Assembly (NCBI GenBank): GCA_964035545.1 | Contig: OZ037767.1 | Location: 27,296,628 to 27,360,627, forward strand | Direction: 5' to 3' | Source: Bugula neritina | Lineage: Eukaryota > Animalia > Bryozoa | Length of the DNA stretch: 64,000 bases | Shown here: positions 12,348 through 25,500 of the stretch, in pieces | Position numbering within the stretch: position 1 is the stretch's first letter | Layout: every line of letters starts with the position of its first letter | Program-made: the position numbers and the translations under genes | The notes under the pieces: generated by a model | The model's input: only the letters and a program-made list of their open reading frames with translations | Databases searched by the model: none | Told to the model about the DNA's origin: nothing

Positions 12348-12754
12348 CACCACAACAACATTTTTAGTTGATCTAGTGACTACCGGAAATAAATATACTT
12401 TTTCATGCTGTCGTCGAAGAAGGTAGAGGGTACGCTGGGTGTTGTTACCTGCCCGAACATTTGTCTACATTTTCAAATGCCACATTTTCTTTCTAGCACG
12501 CAATTTTTATGTAGGCAGAGAAATGATTTACACTATAACGTCGGAAGATTATTGATGATTGTACGTAAATTCAACGAATCTAACTTTAAAAAAAATAAGC
12601 GAGCCCCTTAGTTCGTTTTCTAGCAACTTTCGAAAATCGCCTTTGTACAGAGGTTTGAATTGACTTTTAGTTTTCGCAACCTAAGTGTGTGATAAACTAA
12701 ACACGAACAGTAATACCACTACTAGTTTGCAAACTTAACATTTATATATGTAAG
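12348..12754. promoter_or_regulatory. Probable bidirectional promoter region between SPRING1 and LSM8
   Basis: The two start codons are divergent and ~407 bp apart. The interval is CpG-richer than the surrounding introns and has an ETS-like CCGGAA at ~12383. The individual motifs are not validated. Confidence 0.55.
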
Positions 12755-13042
12755 ATGGCGTCAGAATTAGAAGGCTATATAAATCACACTGTCACTGTTT
12801 TTACCTGTGAAGGACGGATTATTGTTGGAACCATGAAGGGGTTCGATCAAACTATAAATCTGATACTGGAAGACAGTCACGAGAGAGTATATTCCACTAC
12901 AGGAGTGGAGCAAGTGACATTAGGATTATACATTGTTAGAGGTGATAATGTAGCTCTGGTTGGTGAAGTAGATGAAGAAGTTGATAAGAAAATTGATTTT
13001 ACCGAGATCCATGTTGAGCCTATGGGAGCAGTTGTGCACTAA
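12755..13042 (+). CDS. LSM8: U6 snRNA-associated Sm-like protein LSm8 (95 aa, intronless CDS)
   Basis: MASELEGYINHTVTVFTCEGRIIVGTMKGFDQTINLILEDSHERVYS...GVEQVTLGLYIVRGDNVALVGEVDEEVD matches the LSm8 signature. AATAAA at ~13271. Confidence 0.96.
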   Translation: MASELEGYINHTVTVFTCEGRIIVGTMKGFDQTINLILEDSHERVYSTTGVEQVTLGLYIVRGDNVALVGEVDEEVDKKIDFTEIHVEPMGAVVH

Positions 13043-13997
13043 CTCCAAGTAGTCATTGTTAATATTGTAAACCCGGATCTCTCACGTCACTGTATAGGTA
13101 TTTAATTGTCTCTATCTCTAAGTTTTGGGTTTCATCAAAATTTTACAAAGAACTTATATAAGAAAGGGTTCAACAGGTTTTATCAAGACTCCTGAAAGTG
13201 TTTCAACATGAAACAAAAATATTGGTAGTCATCTTATCTTAGTCTGTAAGTCAAGTGTAGTGTAAAAGCAAATAAATAGAATATCAATAGGTTTATATAA
13301 TTATTTGTTATTTTGACTGTTGCATTATTTTATCTCACTGTATTCAAGATTTCATAGGCAACGAAAATTGATTTATTTTTAGGAAAAGCTGGCTCTGATA
13401 AAGAAAAAGGTAGACCGAAAAAGTAGTAATTATCTGATTGAGTTCAATGTAAAATTTGTTTTTTAAGCTCGGTAATGAATTTAGTACATACATTATATTT
13501 TATGTATATATTGATTATAGTTATGGATCATAACAATAAAATAGTATTACAAAATGTGGCATTGCTTGCAGGTTTATAATCTTAACTAGTTCACTTTGAT
13601 GAGTTGGTTTCAAAAATTAATAGCAAAATATTTACAAGAATATAGCATAATATATTTTATCACTATACAACAAACTTACAATTCACAAGTCGAAAAATTA
13701 TTATGATAGTGCAATTTAAATCAAGTTTATTGATTTAATGGTATTAATGGTAGAAAACTTCTAACGTAATTGTCAAAAGAAATATGCATATGCTATTACT
13801 GGAAAACAGTTGTTTTCCATTACTGCTACCTTATATAAAATTAAAAATAGAAAATACCAACTACTATAAAACAATACAAATTGGCAAAAAAAAAACCGAA
13901 ATTACTTCTATTTGACCAATTTTCAAGTAAATACATGTAATAATAAATTATGAGAGACTTAACAAGCCAAGGAACAAAATACAGAATGAGGAAATGT

Positions 13998-16950
13998 TTA
14001 TTCGTGACCTTTAACTAAAAGATTTAAAGCTCTCTGTAAGTAATCTATAGCAGACTCGCGGTCTTCATAAGTGAGAGAACTAGTAGCAAACTTTGAATAT
14101 TTTGTAGCTTTTTCCCAATCAACTTGAAAATTTCCAGCAGTTGCTAAAACAATGATTTAATATATTTACTAAAGCTACAAAGTGTGATGTAAAGAATATA
14201 CAATTGCAGAAGAAGGAACCATATACTTACCAGGTGATGGCTGTTGGTGAATAGGTGGCTGTTGGGGCACAGTAGCAGGTGGTTGTTGGGGTCCAGTAGC
14301 AGGTGGTTGTTGAGACACATTAGGTGGTTGTTGAGACACATTAGGTGGTTGTTGAGACACAGTAGGTGGTTGGTGAGAACCTTCATCCACTTGATTGCGT
14401 GATGCCATGTAAGATGAGATTGCCAGATTTCCTATGTCTAAAATATAGCTTTTAGTCAATACCAGAAGCTGCTTTGAAATTGAAATAAATTGTCAGAAAT
14501 TTTATTCAATACAGACCCAGATCTTGTCCTTCTTCATCTACAGGGCCGGGCACAGGAGTTATCCCTGACTTCATACATTTGTTTATATATGCTGATTTAT
14601 ACCTAGCATACTTTTTATACTTCTCAATCTAAAATAAAATTGCTGTATGAAGAAAAACTCTGGAAAATGCAATTGTGTATTTATGAATTTCATTTCAAAT
14701 TTAAAAAATTACAAAAAAACTTCAGTTTTTAAATACTTACATCTTCATTTAGTGGTCCAAAAACTGTTAGAACTTCAAAAAGTAACATTGAGTTATAAAA
14801 TGACTTCACAACATTTCTAAAATATAGGGTTGCATAGTAATTAATAAAACTAATTAAACATTAACTGCTGTTGAATGTACCTTTTAGCTTACTGTATATG
14901 TACAATTTGCAATTCTAAAACCCTAAATCTGCGTAAATAAAATGGTTTTTTAAAACTAATAAAATTACTTTTCCTGGGTAGTTTAGTAACTATAATGCCA
15001 TTACTAACCAACACTCTGCCTAAGTGCTGATTAGTATTGAGTTTATTAAGGTTTGAAATCAGGTGATTAAAGCTTAGACTTAAGTTTAGGAAAATATTTT
15101 TCAAGCTTTTATACAGTTATTACAGACATACTTGCAAATTTGCAACAAGTTCCAAAGAAACATCAGACAGACATTTATAAATAATAATAACTTATCAATC
15201 ACCTTAAGAAAACAAAAATTTGTAGCCATATTTTACGCCAGAAAAATAATTAACTTTTTTTATTTATTAAAATACAAGTAATGATAACTCAACATACTTG
15301 TTATATCTACCAGCTCTATCTTCAGTGTCAGCATGAGCAAACAATTTCAGAGCATAATGCTCTACAGAAGCCTGAGCTACAGTATCTGATTTGATAGCTT
15401 CCTCTGATGCTAGAGCTGCCTTCATCTATCAAAATAATAACAGTTTCATAGCGAAGAAAATTTTTACCTACGTAAAAATGGTGTCAAGTTTAAAAGATTC
15501 CGAACATACAAACAATAAAATATGTAGTTATGTAATTAAAACTTTTGTCATCACTTATTACTAAATGCACAAAAATTGCCTGTTCTAGCTGATCCATCAA
15601 GTATAGCAGAAATGCTTTAGCTTCTGGAGATGTTCTGTCAATTTCCATACCCTTTTGAAGAGCATACATTCGACCTGAATGAACATAAAAATGTTTTACT
15701 TTTATGGTGATTGTCACATTGTGTTTATATGCTTTTATAGTATTATTTTATAACCACAGATCAATTATTTGAGAATTATCAACATTAATAGTCATAGCAT
15801 TGGTTACATAAAAATAAATATGAATGACCTAATTCAATTGCAAACATTGTTAATAAAATATTGATATAATATATTCAAAGTATAAAACAAGACTAAGAGC
15901 AAGAGTAATGATTCACTTATAATTATTAATATTCATAATATGATTATATTAAAGTGTTCACTTAATGTGATAATTATAATACACACCTAAATGAATATCA
16001 TAATAACTTGCTTGAAAATCAAAATGAGCCACTAAATAAATAAACGAGTAATAACTCACAAGCAATAGAAAATCATAACGATTGTACTACTTACAATCAA
16101 TACAAGTAACAATAAATATAATACTGTAATCAATTTTATCCTTATGGTTATGATCTGATTATTATAATTATTGTAAAATATAAACTTGAATTGTGACATT
16201 TACTAAAATAATAAAGTTAAAGTAACTATTATTATATAAATATTTAGTTGATTTAAATTTAATAAATGAATGTTCATGTTGTAGTAATATTAGCGTTACC
16301 ATAAATATCACACTCGGTATGAACTATTACACTTAAATCTAATATAATACTATTACTATTAATCATCTTAATCTGAAAATAAATTATTGAATTTGAATAT
16401 CAGCATGACTTGTTAGTGTTACACTTACTCTTAGTCTTAGTTTTACTAATAGTGATACTCATACTGATAGTGACTTACTCTTGCAACTGAGTCTGAGTAA
16501 CTACTAACTTACTCCAGTACTTAGTAGTTTAAGTTAGTGTTATACTTAGACTCTTATCAGTTTTATCATTATGTCTTATAGTTATACTTAGTTTTATACT
16601 TATAGATTTTAAGCTTATAAGTTTATAGTTATACTACTACCAGTTTGTTCGCTTTTATTATCAATATCAAATTAAACATGAATTATTATCAATAATAATA
16701 TTGTTATTATAATTATGAATATGATTGTCATTAATGATTATCATTATGATTATGATTATCAACTATAAGTATAAGACAAGTACATAAATATTATGAATCT
16801 ATTTCAAACTTAGCAACTATTTTACAACTTGGATTGTTACTTACAGTAATAAGACACGATTGGAAATTTATTATCATGTTCTTGGGCAGTTTTTAGGTAG
16901 TGTTGAAGAGGTTTAAAATTTGGAGGAAGTGGGGGAATGGAAGCTGCCAT
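13998..16950 (-). CDS. VTA1: Vacuolar protein sorting-associated protein VTA1 (ESCRT/VPS4 cofactor). Exons approx. 16845-16950, 15580-15674, 15299-15425, 14741-14816, 14517-14628, 14231-14430, 13998-14143
   Basis: N-terminal MIT region: MAASIPPLPPNFKPLQHYLKTAQEHD...YYCRMYALQKGMEID...LMDQLEQ...EHYALKLFAHADTEDRAGR. A Pro/Gln-rich linker follows. C-terminal VSL domain: KATKYSKFATSSLTYEDRESAIDYLQRALNLL. Confidence 0.94.
14258..14380 (-). repeat. Coding 21/24-bp tandem repeat (QQPPxVS / QQPPATxP) in the VTA1 linker
   Basis: Repeated GGTGGTTGTTGAGACACATTA units on the + strand translate to QQPPNVS on the - strand. Confidence 0.85.
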
Positions 16951-17559
16951 CTTGATTACTAACAGTCATATGCCTTATAATCATTATTATTATCCTCACA
17001 TGCAAGTTAACCAATGATGTAAGCTCAAAGTAATACAACGGATACCATCGAAGTTTCGTTTTTGGAGAGTACACAACTTCAGTAACGTCATCACTACAAA
17101 TTCTAGTTTCTTGTAGACGCATTTTGTATATTCCAATGTAATATTAATATAAGCAAAATTAATGAATAGCAATATGTATCACAGGAAAATTATACCACCA
17201 GCAAATTTAACTAGCTTTGCTAATACTAATTGTAATTGGCCTCTAAGAAAACAAAATTCTGTACCAAATTTCCCACTAGATGAACATGCCAGGTAAACAA
17301 ATTTTATACACTTTCATATGTATGTAAGAACTCAGCTTATATGGAAGTATTCAGTACACATCATAAATCCTCTAACTCTGTGTGAATAACCTTAATGTAT
17401 AGAATTTTTGTATATAACTGTACTATATACTGTACTATAGCAGTGTTATGTTATATAATACTGTATTATACCATATTATACAGTATTGCTCTATAAAGTT
17501 TATATAGTACAGCCAATAGATTATAGCCTATTATACAGTAAATCAAATATATTATGCTC

Positions 17560-17845
17560 TAACATATCCAACATTACACAGCATTATACTGCATAATATA
17601 CTGCATTATACTGCATTATACTGCATATACTGCAACTATATAATACCATATACAAGATATGATTTTGAATTACAGAATGAGAATGTATGAAAGTGAAAAG
17701 AGGTTTCTTGATATGCTATCACAGAGGGACAGAATTGTTGTAAAATCTGCTGTTAGCCACACTAAAAGCACTGCAGGTTAGAATGCTCCAAGTATATACA
17801 CATGCACATGCACATGCACATGCACATGCACATGCACATGCATAT
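17560..17845. repeat. Short tandem repeats: (ATACTGCATT)n at ~17580-17640 and (CACATG)n at ~17798-17842
   Basis: Directly visible in the sequence. Confidence 0.85.
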
Positions 17846-18419
17846 ATATTATATAAAGCATGTCTAATGCTATAACACTGCATATACCTGAAAATATGTA
17901 ACAGTTTTTGACCTGAACACCGACAAAAAAGTTTTAACAAATAAATAAAACTAAATGAAGTTGTGAGCTTTTCAAATTTTCCAGTTCTACAACAGATTAA
18001 ATTAAGAAAAATTAAGATTTGCTCATACTATATTGCTACATTTTAACAAATTTTAGACAAGACAAACTTGGGCAGTAAAAGAATGTTACCAAATCGATGG
18101 GACCGTTACCCATTTCATGGTTATTATAATGACAAGTCCAGCGTTACTGGTCCAAACTACAGCTCAAAACAACCAACATGTAGGAAGGTAAAAAGCAATT
18201 CTATATTCAAATATGTCACTTTGTGTGGTGAACTGGCAAGCACTATGCTATAGTAGCTGTATCCTTCAATTCTATGAATGAGACTGCCTTTTTTAAATTA
18301 TGTTTTATTGTTTAAAGGAATAGATATAAGAATATGAGATAAACTCTGATTACAGGTTTTAAGACTCAAGTTTTTTGTGTTCATTTGCTGGACCTTACTA
18401 GAATAGAATAACATATCAG

Positions 18420-18535
18420 TATGCTGTATATACAGTACACTGTAGATACAGCATATACAGTATACTGTATACAGTATATACAGTATATACTGTATATACA
18501 GTATATACTGTATATACAGTATATACTGTACATAC
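18420..18535. repeat. Self-complementary TATACAGTATATACTGTATA satellite
   Basis: Alternating ACAGTATA/TACTGTAT units, directly visible. Confidence 0.8.
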
Positions 18536-19573
18536 CACGTCTGGGTTGTTGGAGATTTGTTAACTTATACTCGTAGTTTCATTACAGGGAAGTAGTACTA
18601 GCCAGCTTCCAACTATCAAGAATGTAACCATCCCAAAACAAGAAAAACACCTGAAAAAGTCAGTGATTTTGTCAAGGAAAGCTATACCACTTCAAAGACT
18701 GCATGCTGTTATGATTGTTTAGCTCATCTGCAAGAGCTAAAATAATGGGTTTAATTTGCAGCGTTTGTTTTGCAATTTTATTGAAACTTCAACTTTTCAC
18801 TGCAAACCATTTTATAAAAATATACTGAGCATGTAATAAATGCTTTGACTTCCATACTAAAATATTTGTCAATATCCATTTATTTTCATGCATATTGGTG
18901 CCATGTACACACACCTCCACGTATTAAAATATGACCTGTTTATCATATTATATTGTTCAAACTCTACAGTTACCTCTTTAAGGGTTTTATAAGTAGTCTG
19001 TATCATAATGCTAGTTTTTGCTTCTCTAGAAAGGGCTTAACATTTGAGAATTGTCTATTATATTTTCACCTTATAGACTTTAGAATATTTAGTTTTTGCT
19101 TGTGCCAAACATAATCATATTTAATGCTGATTTAATAAATCTGGTTTTATTGACACTAAAATTTAGTAAGCATTGTGTTTCAGAATCTTAATGGATTAGA
19201 AGACATATAAAAGACAATACAAAAATATAAAGCTATGATTTAACACATAAAAAACTGGCAATAATTGCATAAATTCAATATTTTTAAAGAAAAGTATTTT
19301 TGTCATTTGAAACTTAGAAAAAATATATATTATAAACTTATATATTATAATATATTATTATAAACTTTGGTGCAGAAAATAACCCAAAACTTTAAGTAAA
19401 TTAGTTAAAACTCACACGTGTGTATAAAATGTATCAGAAGCACAACAAATATAAATCAAAAAAACTTTGAAGAGCAAGCCAAATATAAATAACGTGATAC
19501 AACACTACAACACAGAGTTATCTCCACGTATGAGTTTAGTAGCCTGAGTACCATAAGTTGAGTAGTGGGCTAC

Positions 19574-22500
19574 TTAGTATCCCCAACTTCTGGGCTGTGC
19601 TGGCTCCACTTGTGTCTTCTTAGGTGTAGCAGACTGCTTCGGGGCTGTAATTATTATGTAGCATACAAATAATAATATGCTACATCAGTAATGTTTCTTA
19701 GTCTGGTTATAAGTAGTTATCAGTGCAGTTGCTTAATATGAACAGGTTATATGAGCAAGTAATATGAGCAGGTAATATGAACAGGTTATATGAGCTAGAT
19801 ACGGGACTAACGGAAGAGTTTAAAGTTTCAAAAAGTTTAAAATAAAATCTAAACCAAAAAATATGTAAGTTTTCCCAAAAAGTGTTAAAGCGAACTTTTC
19901 TAGTCGATAAATTTGCCAAATCTATTAGCTTAGCGATTGAAAAAGCATTAAAAATGCAATACTATGACAAAAGAATCATACCACTTTCATCGATTCTTTC
20001 CAAATCAGCTTTCCTTGGCTCAAGCTGTGGCAGCTTGGTTGAAGTGGGAGGTGCTCCAATGTAAGTCATGTTTTCTTCCAAGAAGAATGGTGTGATGGAT
20101 CGAGATGAGTCGTTCACTTTGGAGTTGCCCGCTATAATTCATTAATTATATTATCACTGCTATATAATATTAATTTGCTACTAGTGGTCTTTCTTTAGCA
20201 TGAAAATCTGCCATACAGACATACGTCTTCAACATTAATACTAAATACATTAAAATTGTATAATATTTACTGTTGCTTCAAATAGTATGTATGATCTGAA
20301 TATCTAGTGGAATATCATTTGGAGACTAAATTTCACAGAAAATATAAACGAGTAGTTATTTTGTAAGCTTATTTAGTAAAACAAATAACTATTAAGCTTT
20401 TTTCTCACCTATCTCCACTTTGTCCTGTTCGGGTAGCGGGACAAATTATTATTATGCCCTACTATGTAAAAAGTATCCGAAGCTCTACAGCACCTTTAGC
20501 AATAGTCACCTGCTCAATGTAATAGTTATACTAATAATAATAACATATGATTTGTATAGTCTTACCTTTCATTTTAGCCACAATGACAGCAATGATTATG
20601 AGGATGACGACGACGGCAGCGCAGCATGCGATTACTATGATGACCCATAGAGGCAGAGCATTCGGATCTTCAGCAACCTACAACAAATCACTTGCAGAAA
20701 TGATGCCTTCAAGCAGCTTATCACAGAGTATAATGTACAATGGGTTCAGACCTAATCACCACTATTGGAAATTATGCATAGTATTTTATTTGAAATAATT
20801 TTTCTTCTATTAAATAGTTTAAAGAAAATATTCTAAGCTCAGATTTTAATGTTGAACTAGAAGCTTTATAATTTTAGTTAAAATATTTTATGTTGAAACT
20901 GCTAAAACTAAAATAAAAATTTGCTAATACGAATATCTGAACAATCAGTATCTGTAATTTCTATGCAGTTCATATCCCAACCTTTTACTATCTCAACGCC
21001 TGAATTGAAAAAGTTTAAAAATATTAAAAAAAAATTATTGAACAGAGTTACTCACAGGACATGGGAGAGAAAGGTGAAAAGTTACTTACAGCTGGCACTG
21101 TAGTTTCCTCGGTGCTCTCTCCTTCTACACTAATTTCATTGGCCAAATACTTGCTGTCATCAAACATTATGGCAGCAGTTTCCTGCTCCACTGACTCTCG
21201 TAGACTAAGAATCACATCGCTCACGGTGTCGACGGCACCACCCACCGTAAATTTACATTCTAAACCTGTAAAACAATACAGTCTAAGATGAGTTGCTTCT
21301 AAAAATTTCTACGATTTTGAAAATCAAATTTTCTTTCCAACACATTAAGTACATTTAGCCAAAGTGTAAAACAAGCTGGTCTTTTAAGAAATGTCTAATA
21401 AAATTTCCTTTTCCTCATCAAATACTCCCTCTATACCATGTTATATGTGAGCATATCTTCTACCGCTACCTTATAGCCATGTGGCAAACAGGAATAGTTC
21501 CTGGCTCAAGAGTAGCTGTTAAACACAATTTGAGAGTTGAGCAAAATCTGATATACAATAAACTAGTAGAAAAAGACACTGACTAATGAGTAACATACCT
21601 TCTGTGCAGCTCACAGCAGCAAAGCTAACATTGTCATAGGTATGAAGCAGGTGGTTAAACAGGGTTATCTCAAAATAGGGAAGGTTTGTACTGTTAACAG
21701 AGCTACTGTCAGCGAATGCCAGAGTAACTTCCTTAGTGATGAAAACGTTCACCTCTGTGTACCCAGCCTATAACACAATTAGCCATCTTGTTACTAATTA
21801 AATCTCTCTAAAATAACCTGAACTGATTATTGAAGGCTCAAATTCAAATTGAACAAAATATCCCAATGTATAAACCAACATGCACTTGTAGGCTACTGTA
21901 GGCTACTACTCTGTTCAGCTATAAACTTACTGGATAGACAACAACGGGAGAGGAAATAGTAGTGAATCCATAGGAAGCATCTGGAGCTGATTTCACCAGA
22001 ATGTCAAGGACATATCCATTCTTACGAGACAGAGCAAGATTGGTAATGAGTGACGTGCCGTCATTAGAATCAACCACATCCCAGTTGGTAGAGCTTACCA
22101 CCAGTTCACCATCAGTGTAGTTGACCACAGAGTTCAGACTTACGAACACACTGAAACTCATACCCTGTAACACATGTCAGCTGAGAATGTAAATGCTTGA
22201 CGCTATTCACATTGAAGACAGCCGTACATATATTTTAGCAGCTGTCTAATTTCGCTACAAGTTGCAAAGTACTTTATTTTAAACTGAATTTGAACAAAAT
22301 TGTCATTTTTTATGACCAACAATATTTTCACTGCCTAATATAGACAAGCTCTAAATTCAAGAATACTAATCTGACTTTTACTTAAATTCTTTAAAAATAC
22401 ATGTCTCATCACCAAGTGAATGAATTTCAATGACAACAATAAAAATGTCACTTTCTTTTGTTTAGGCCCAACATTCTTATACACTAAACGTAAGATAGTC

Positions 22501-25500
22501 ACGACTGAAAAAACCTCATGAGAATAACAAACATGTACACCTGGTCACATAGAATACCTGTAGTAGCGCTTAGCAACACACGATTACCTGCACAAAGCAG
22601 CCATGCAGCATAGCTATGCCTACCTGCCAATCATTGTACGAGAAAGGTGTATTTGTTCCTTTCTCCATCAACTCGACCTTGACATCAAAAGATTCGCTCT
22701 CGGTCAATGTACTCGGGATTGTAATGACGGCATCCATCTCTCTTCTCTCCACATCGAATGAGTCAGTGAATCCCTTAATATGCGTCATGTTCAAAGGTGA
22801 GCTGGCGTAGAACTTGAGCTTATATCCTAGAACATATGCAATGTCAAGGTTAAACACGGGCTTATAATTGTCTTTATTGTTAAACAAATGCATTAAAAAG
22901 CTGGTCAAAGTGTTGACCAACAGGAGAATTGCGGAGGAACATACCACTTCCTGGTGCAGATACGATCAGGTCACTAAAGTTGGCCCAGCCGTTGACAATA
23001 GGTGCAGACGTGCTGCCACCATAGAGGATGCTAGACTCAAGACCTGGCGGGGTTTCCAGTTCTACTGTAGCGACCCAATTATTGTTACCAAATTGAGAGA
23101 CCAACTCGCCGTCTGAGTTTACAAGCTGTACTTGTATCTCATCCATTTTCTTCCCTTCCAACACAGAGGTAGGCTGAGTATACAGACTAAAGGCCGCAGG
23201 TAACTTAATCTCTATACCTTCCTCTTCTACGTCTGCTGCTACGTCTGCCCATGCAGGGTCATCTGGGTCAGGCAGTGGCACAGAAACGTATACCTACAGC
23301 AAAGTTAACACAAACATCTACTTATACATATAGAGGTTAGATATTTGAAACTTTCACTAATAATATTACCTTCTCAAAACGTGACCTTAACAAAGAATTT
23401 TTACCCACAAGGTTAACTTCAATAGAAGCTCCAAGTACACAGATAGTAGAATGCAAAATAAAATCTGCAACAACTTAAAAGCTGTTTTAGCCCAAGTTAT
23501 GGGCAAAGGAAGTAAAGTATATGCAGATGACTCACAGCGCTGTACGGCAGCCCAAGTTCAGCAGACAGCTCTCCGGTCTGAGCGGCATCAATGATCTCAT
23601 CTCTTAGCACATTGAGCTCTTCAACGCTGAGTCCATCAGTCACCGTATCGTTGATTGAGAGGGTAGGAGTTCCACCTGACACAAACCATTATTAAACAAA
23701 CTTGTTCCAAAACTTAGCTAAGCTCCTGACTTTCATATCTATTTATTTAGATTTATATATTAAATGATAGAACTAGGCTCACCTATTTCAATTTGAACAA
23801 CGATGTGTCCAGGATCAATAGCTCGCTTCTTTCTATTAGTTACGGAGTCTTCTGGTATTACATTTACTACTCTTATCTGTAGAATATTGTAAGTATTGTA
23901 TACATTTACTACTCTTATCTGTAGAAATATTGTAAGTAATGTATACATTTACTACTCTTATCTGTAGAATATTGTAAGTATTATATACATTTACTACTCT
24001 TATCTGTAGAATATTGTAAGTATTGTATACATTTACTACTCTTATCTGTAGAAATATTGTAAGTAATGTATACATTTACTACTCTTATCTGTAGAATATT
24101 GTAAGTATTATATACATTTACTACTCTTATCTGTAGAATATTGTAAGTATTGTATACATTTACTACTCTTATCTGTAAAATATTGTAAGTATTGTATACA
24201 TTTACTACTCTTATCTGTAGAATATTGTAAGTATTGTATACATTTACTACTCTTATCTGTAGAATATTGTAAGTAATGTATACATTTACTACTCTTATCT
24301 GTAGAATATTGTAAGTATTGTATACATTTACTACTCTTATCTGTAGAATATTGTAGGTAATGTATACATTTACTATTCTTATCTGTAGAATATTGTAAGT
24401 ATTGTATACATTTACTGCTCTTATCTGTAGAATATTGTAAGTAATGCATAATTCAAGAGTCACAAAAACTTTGTCTGAATTTGTGAGAAAAATTGCATAT
24501 TAGACATCATTTATCTTACTTATTATTCAATAAATCTATATCAAAAGGTTAGCAAATTCATAAAATCAGCTAAAGCTAATTATGTTTCAGAATTAATCAT
24601 ACTGGGCCAATCTTTCATGAATACTATAGCAGCTGACTTTACCTTCTCTGGAGGAATGTCAAAGAAGATGGCCAGATTGCTTGTCAGTTGTTCACCAAAG
24701 AACTGGTCTTCTGTCATCACGAGGTCAAAGGTTAACATTATCATATTAGACATGTGTATGTCAACAGATGCCTCTCCACTGACAGTGACATACATCAACT
24801 GTTTCCACCGATTCTATTCAATGTATAGACTGCATGATAGATCTACACGTGCACTGAGTTTGAGAAAAATATATTATATTAATACTACATTGTAGAATTA
24901 GTATATTAGTGTTATATTGTATTATCATTTTTATACAATATTTATTTTTAAAAAAAATCAATCAATATACTCTATTATGTTATTATTATATTGCATTAAT
25001 ATTATATTACTACTACATTATATTATCCTTATATACAATATTCATTACAAACTGCCAACCTGAAAGTTGGCCCCATTAGCCGACTCCACAGTAGGGCAGA
25101 ATTCACAGCCGGATCTGTCGACTGGAGTTTTATATTCAAGGTCATCTCCATTCATCTCAGCATTTTCCGGCACAACGTACTCCCCGTCAACATACACATC
25201 AATTCTACAACACAGTAAAAGATTAGGACAAAGGTCGTTCATATTCACTAGCATAACTTACACTACAGCTTACTGAGACAGACACAGTGTGCCTTACAAA
25301 CTAAATAAAACTTTATACCTAGGTGTATGTACATCTCACACTTCCTATATTCAAACCATTTTATAGCAAGCACAGCCTGTTGAATGTATTCTGAAAGAAA
25401 TAAAGTGTTGGCAATTTCTAACCTGTTGGAGATCTCATAAAATATTTCCAAAGATATTTTATCTTCAGGTCCGGCATCGATTAGTGTGAGTCGAAGTTTC

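Noticed and set aside
12405-12611. 68-aa ORF between SPRING1 and LSM8
   Set aside because: No recognisable similarity; it lies in the presumed promoter/5'UTR interval and may be chance.
15700-16840. Possible foldback element in the very AT-rich first intron of VTA1
   Set aside because: Only short, weak inverted matches in low-complexity sequence; no definable termini.
23836-24463. Repetitive ORFs (LQIRVVNVYNTYNI and STDKSSKCIQYLQY) as an independent gene or CRISPR-like array
   Set aside because: They are translations of a head-to-tail minisatellite with no unique spacers and no cas genes, in a eukaryotic intron.
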